Shown: piece by piece, positions 25,336 to 26,827 of the stretch
Numbering within the stretch: the first letter of the stretch is position 1
Layout: each line of letters opens with the position of its first letter
IMG/VR virus record: IMGVR_UViG_3300045235_000025
Coordinates: 1 to 26,827 of that record
Direction: 5' to 3' (one strand)
DNA length: 26,827 bases
Origin: a virus
Taxonomy: Duplodnaviria; Caudoviricetes
Program-made: the position numbers and the translations under genes
The notes under the pieces: generated by a model
The model's database searches: none
Seen by the model: the letters and a program-made list of their open reading frames with translations, nothing else
What the model was told of the DNA's origin: nothing

Positions 25336-26827
25336 ATGGTGTCACGCGACGAACGCCGCATCGCCCGCGAACTCGTCGACGCGAAGCGCGCCCGCGAAGG
25401 CGCCCGTACGCGGCAGATCCCGCACACCTCCGTCGAACTCGACAACGGTGAAAGCGCCGGTCTCGTCGATGCCGCAACCGACGCGAGCGACGCTCGCGCG
25501 CTCTCTGAGGTGCAGGCCGGCCAGCTGGGCGATCTCACCGATATCACCGACACCAGCACGGTCGAGAACACCTTCCTGCCGGAGCGTATGGCGCCCGGCG
25601 CTGGGTCCTCGAAGGCTGCATTCGATGTGGCTGTTGAGGCCGCGGTACGTGTCTATGAGGCCCTCACCCGGGCCGACACCGCGATGGACGCCGCGGCCCG
25701 TTCCGAGCGCACCGCACTCGGCCTCGTACGCCGCTACTCGGAGACCGAACCGGAACCCCCCGAAGGTGGTTGGCTGGTCGGCGCGGAATGGGTGCAGTCC
25801 GTCAACGGGGTCCCGCGGTATGTGTTCGTGTGGGACGGTGTTGGGTGGACCCGAGCCCAGTACCTCGCGGATGAGATCCTCCTCCCGGGCGAGGATGGCG
25901 CGATCCGGCTGGGCGACTCGATGGTGTCGGCTCCGAACATGGCGGCGGGTGCGCTCGATGCGTTCACGGTGAACGCCCTCCAGATGTACGGCGGCTACAT
26001 CGAAGCGCCAGTGATTGCGTCTTCCGACAAACTGGGGTCGGGTGCGAACGTGTTGGCGGATCCTGAGTTCCAGTCCACAGTCGATACGGCGTGGGTGGCG
26101 TCGGGACATTTGGGGGATGCGGCTACGTCGAGTACGGACACGCACACTTGGGATCAGACCGTAACCCGCAACGCGTGGATGGACAACCCGGCCACAACCC
26201 GACGCTACCGGGGATCAGGGGTGTCCAGACTGTTGCTCACGCCGGCGGTTCGCCGTACAGGTTCGTTACTGTTCGCGAACTACGGGTGGAAGCCCGCGAA
26301 CCGGACGTTCACAAACCCGAAGATCTATACCAACCCGGAAAACTGGTTCAGTTACATCCCGGTGGGCAAGCTCGCGGACGAGTGGAAGGCCTCCGGGGTG
26401 CCCGCGCTCGGCTCTGCGGTCTCTCGCACCACTTACCTGACCAATTCGACCGTCGCCGAGGTTATCGATGGCGAGCGTTGGAACGTGCGTGCCAAGTTCT
26501 CGCGAGTCGGGTCGGATGCTGTCGGCCTGGTGGACATCAGGGTTGAGCTCATCGACGCGGTCTCGTCGTCGCTGGTCTGGCACTACGACGTCAGCGACGG
26601 GGAGAAGATCGCTGGTGAAATCAACACATGGTTTTTGCCGGAGGCTCCTGCCAGTCTAAGACTGCGTATACGTGCCGAATATACAGCTGCTGGTGGGTCA
26701 GCGGAGCGCCGCATGGACGTAGGCGGGTACTCCCGCGTTGATATTGATGGGGTAGTGAGCACCCATTGGATTGCTTCGTCATCAGACAATTATCATTCCT
26801 ATGGGAACCTGCCAACGGGGGCTCCGG
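25336..26827 (+). CDS. Tail fibre/receptor-binding-like protein, truncated by the window end
   Basis: Absent from the ORF track because it has no stop; SD AGGAGG; frame MVSRDERRIARELVDAKR... reads open to the end; WDG.GW and NVL.DP.F motifs; GC falls distally. Confidence 0.8.
   Translation, partial: MVSRDERRIARELVDAKRAREGARTRQIPHTSVELDNGESAGLVDAATDASDARALSEVQAGQLGDLTDITDTSTVENTFLPERMAPGAGSSKAAFDVAVEAAVRVYEALTRADTAMDAAARSERTALGLVRRYSETEPEPPEGGWLVGAEWVQSVNGVPRYVFVWDGVGWTRAQYLADEILLPGEDGAIRLGDSMVSAPNMAAGALDAFTVNALQMYGGYIEAPVIASSDKLGSGANVLADPEFQSTVDTAWVASGHLGDAATSSTDTHTWDQTVTRNAWMDNPATTRRYRGSGVSRLLLTPAVRRTGSLLFANYGWKPANRTFTNPKIYTNPENWFSYIPVGKLADEWKASGVPALGSAVSRTTYLTNSTVAEVIDGERWNVRAKFSRVGSDAVGLVDIRVELIDAVSSSLVWHYDVSDGEKIAGEINTWFLPEAPASLRLRIRAEYTAAGGSAERRMDVGGYSRVDIDGVVSTHWIASSSDNYHSYGNLPTGAP

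Larger units (their letters stand above)
1..26827 (+). mobile_element. Internal segment of an actinobacterial temperate siphovirus/prophage (replication, packaging, head, tail)
   Basis: Canonical gene order helicase-SSB...terS-terL-portal-minor capsid-scaffold-capsid-head/tail-tail tube-chaperone-tape measure-minor tails; frequent overlapping start/stop codons; both ends lie outside the window. Confidence 0.97.

Noticed and set aside
1-26827. CRISPR array, tRNA, integrase/att site, reverse transcriptase or diversity-generating retroelement
   Set aside because: No regularly spaced repeats, cloverleaf, or recombinase/RT motifs were seen by eye.

Overview
This window is an internal segment of a temperate siphovirus or prophage from a high-GC actinobacterium (Microbacteriaceae-like is an inference). 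Order on the + strand: DnaB helicase and SSB, small accessory genes including a DNA methyltransferase and a Mom/GNAT-like gene, a Zn-finger gene and an HTH gene (candidate late regulators), terminase, portal, a MuF-type minor capsid protein with a nuclease-like C-terminal extension, scaffold, major capsid, head-tail genes, tail tube, a frameshifting tail chaperone, tape measure and minor tail proteins (the last runs off the window). No integrase, lysis genes or att sites are visible. Four lower-GC minus-strand membrane-protein morons interrupt the lytic operons. Two elements missing from the ORF track are the most interesting. (1) At 6.8-7.5 kb, a minus-strand micro-operon (52-aa leader, then 26-aa and 40-aa basic peptides) is overlapped by a predicted cis-antisense sRNA and preceded by tandem NrdR-like boxes and a perfect DnaA box. 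(2) A predicted ~50-nt minus-strand hairpin RNA with its own -10 box sits where the immunity gene of the MuF toxin would normally be. All functional calls come from motif reading and gene order; no searches were run.
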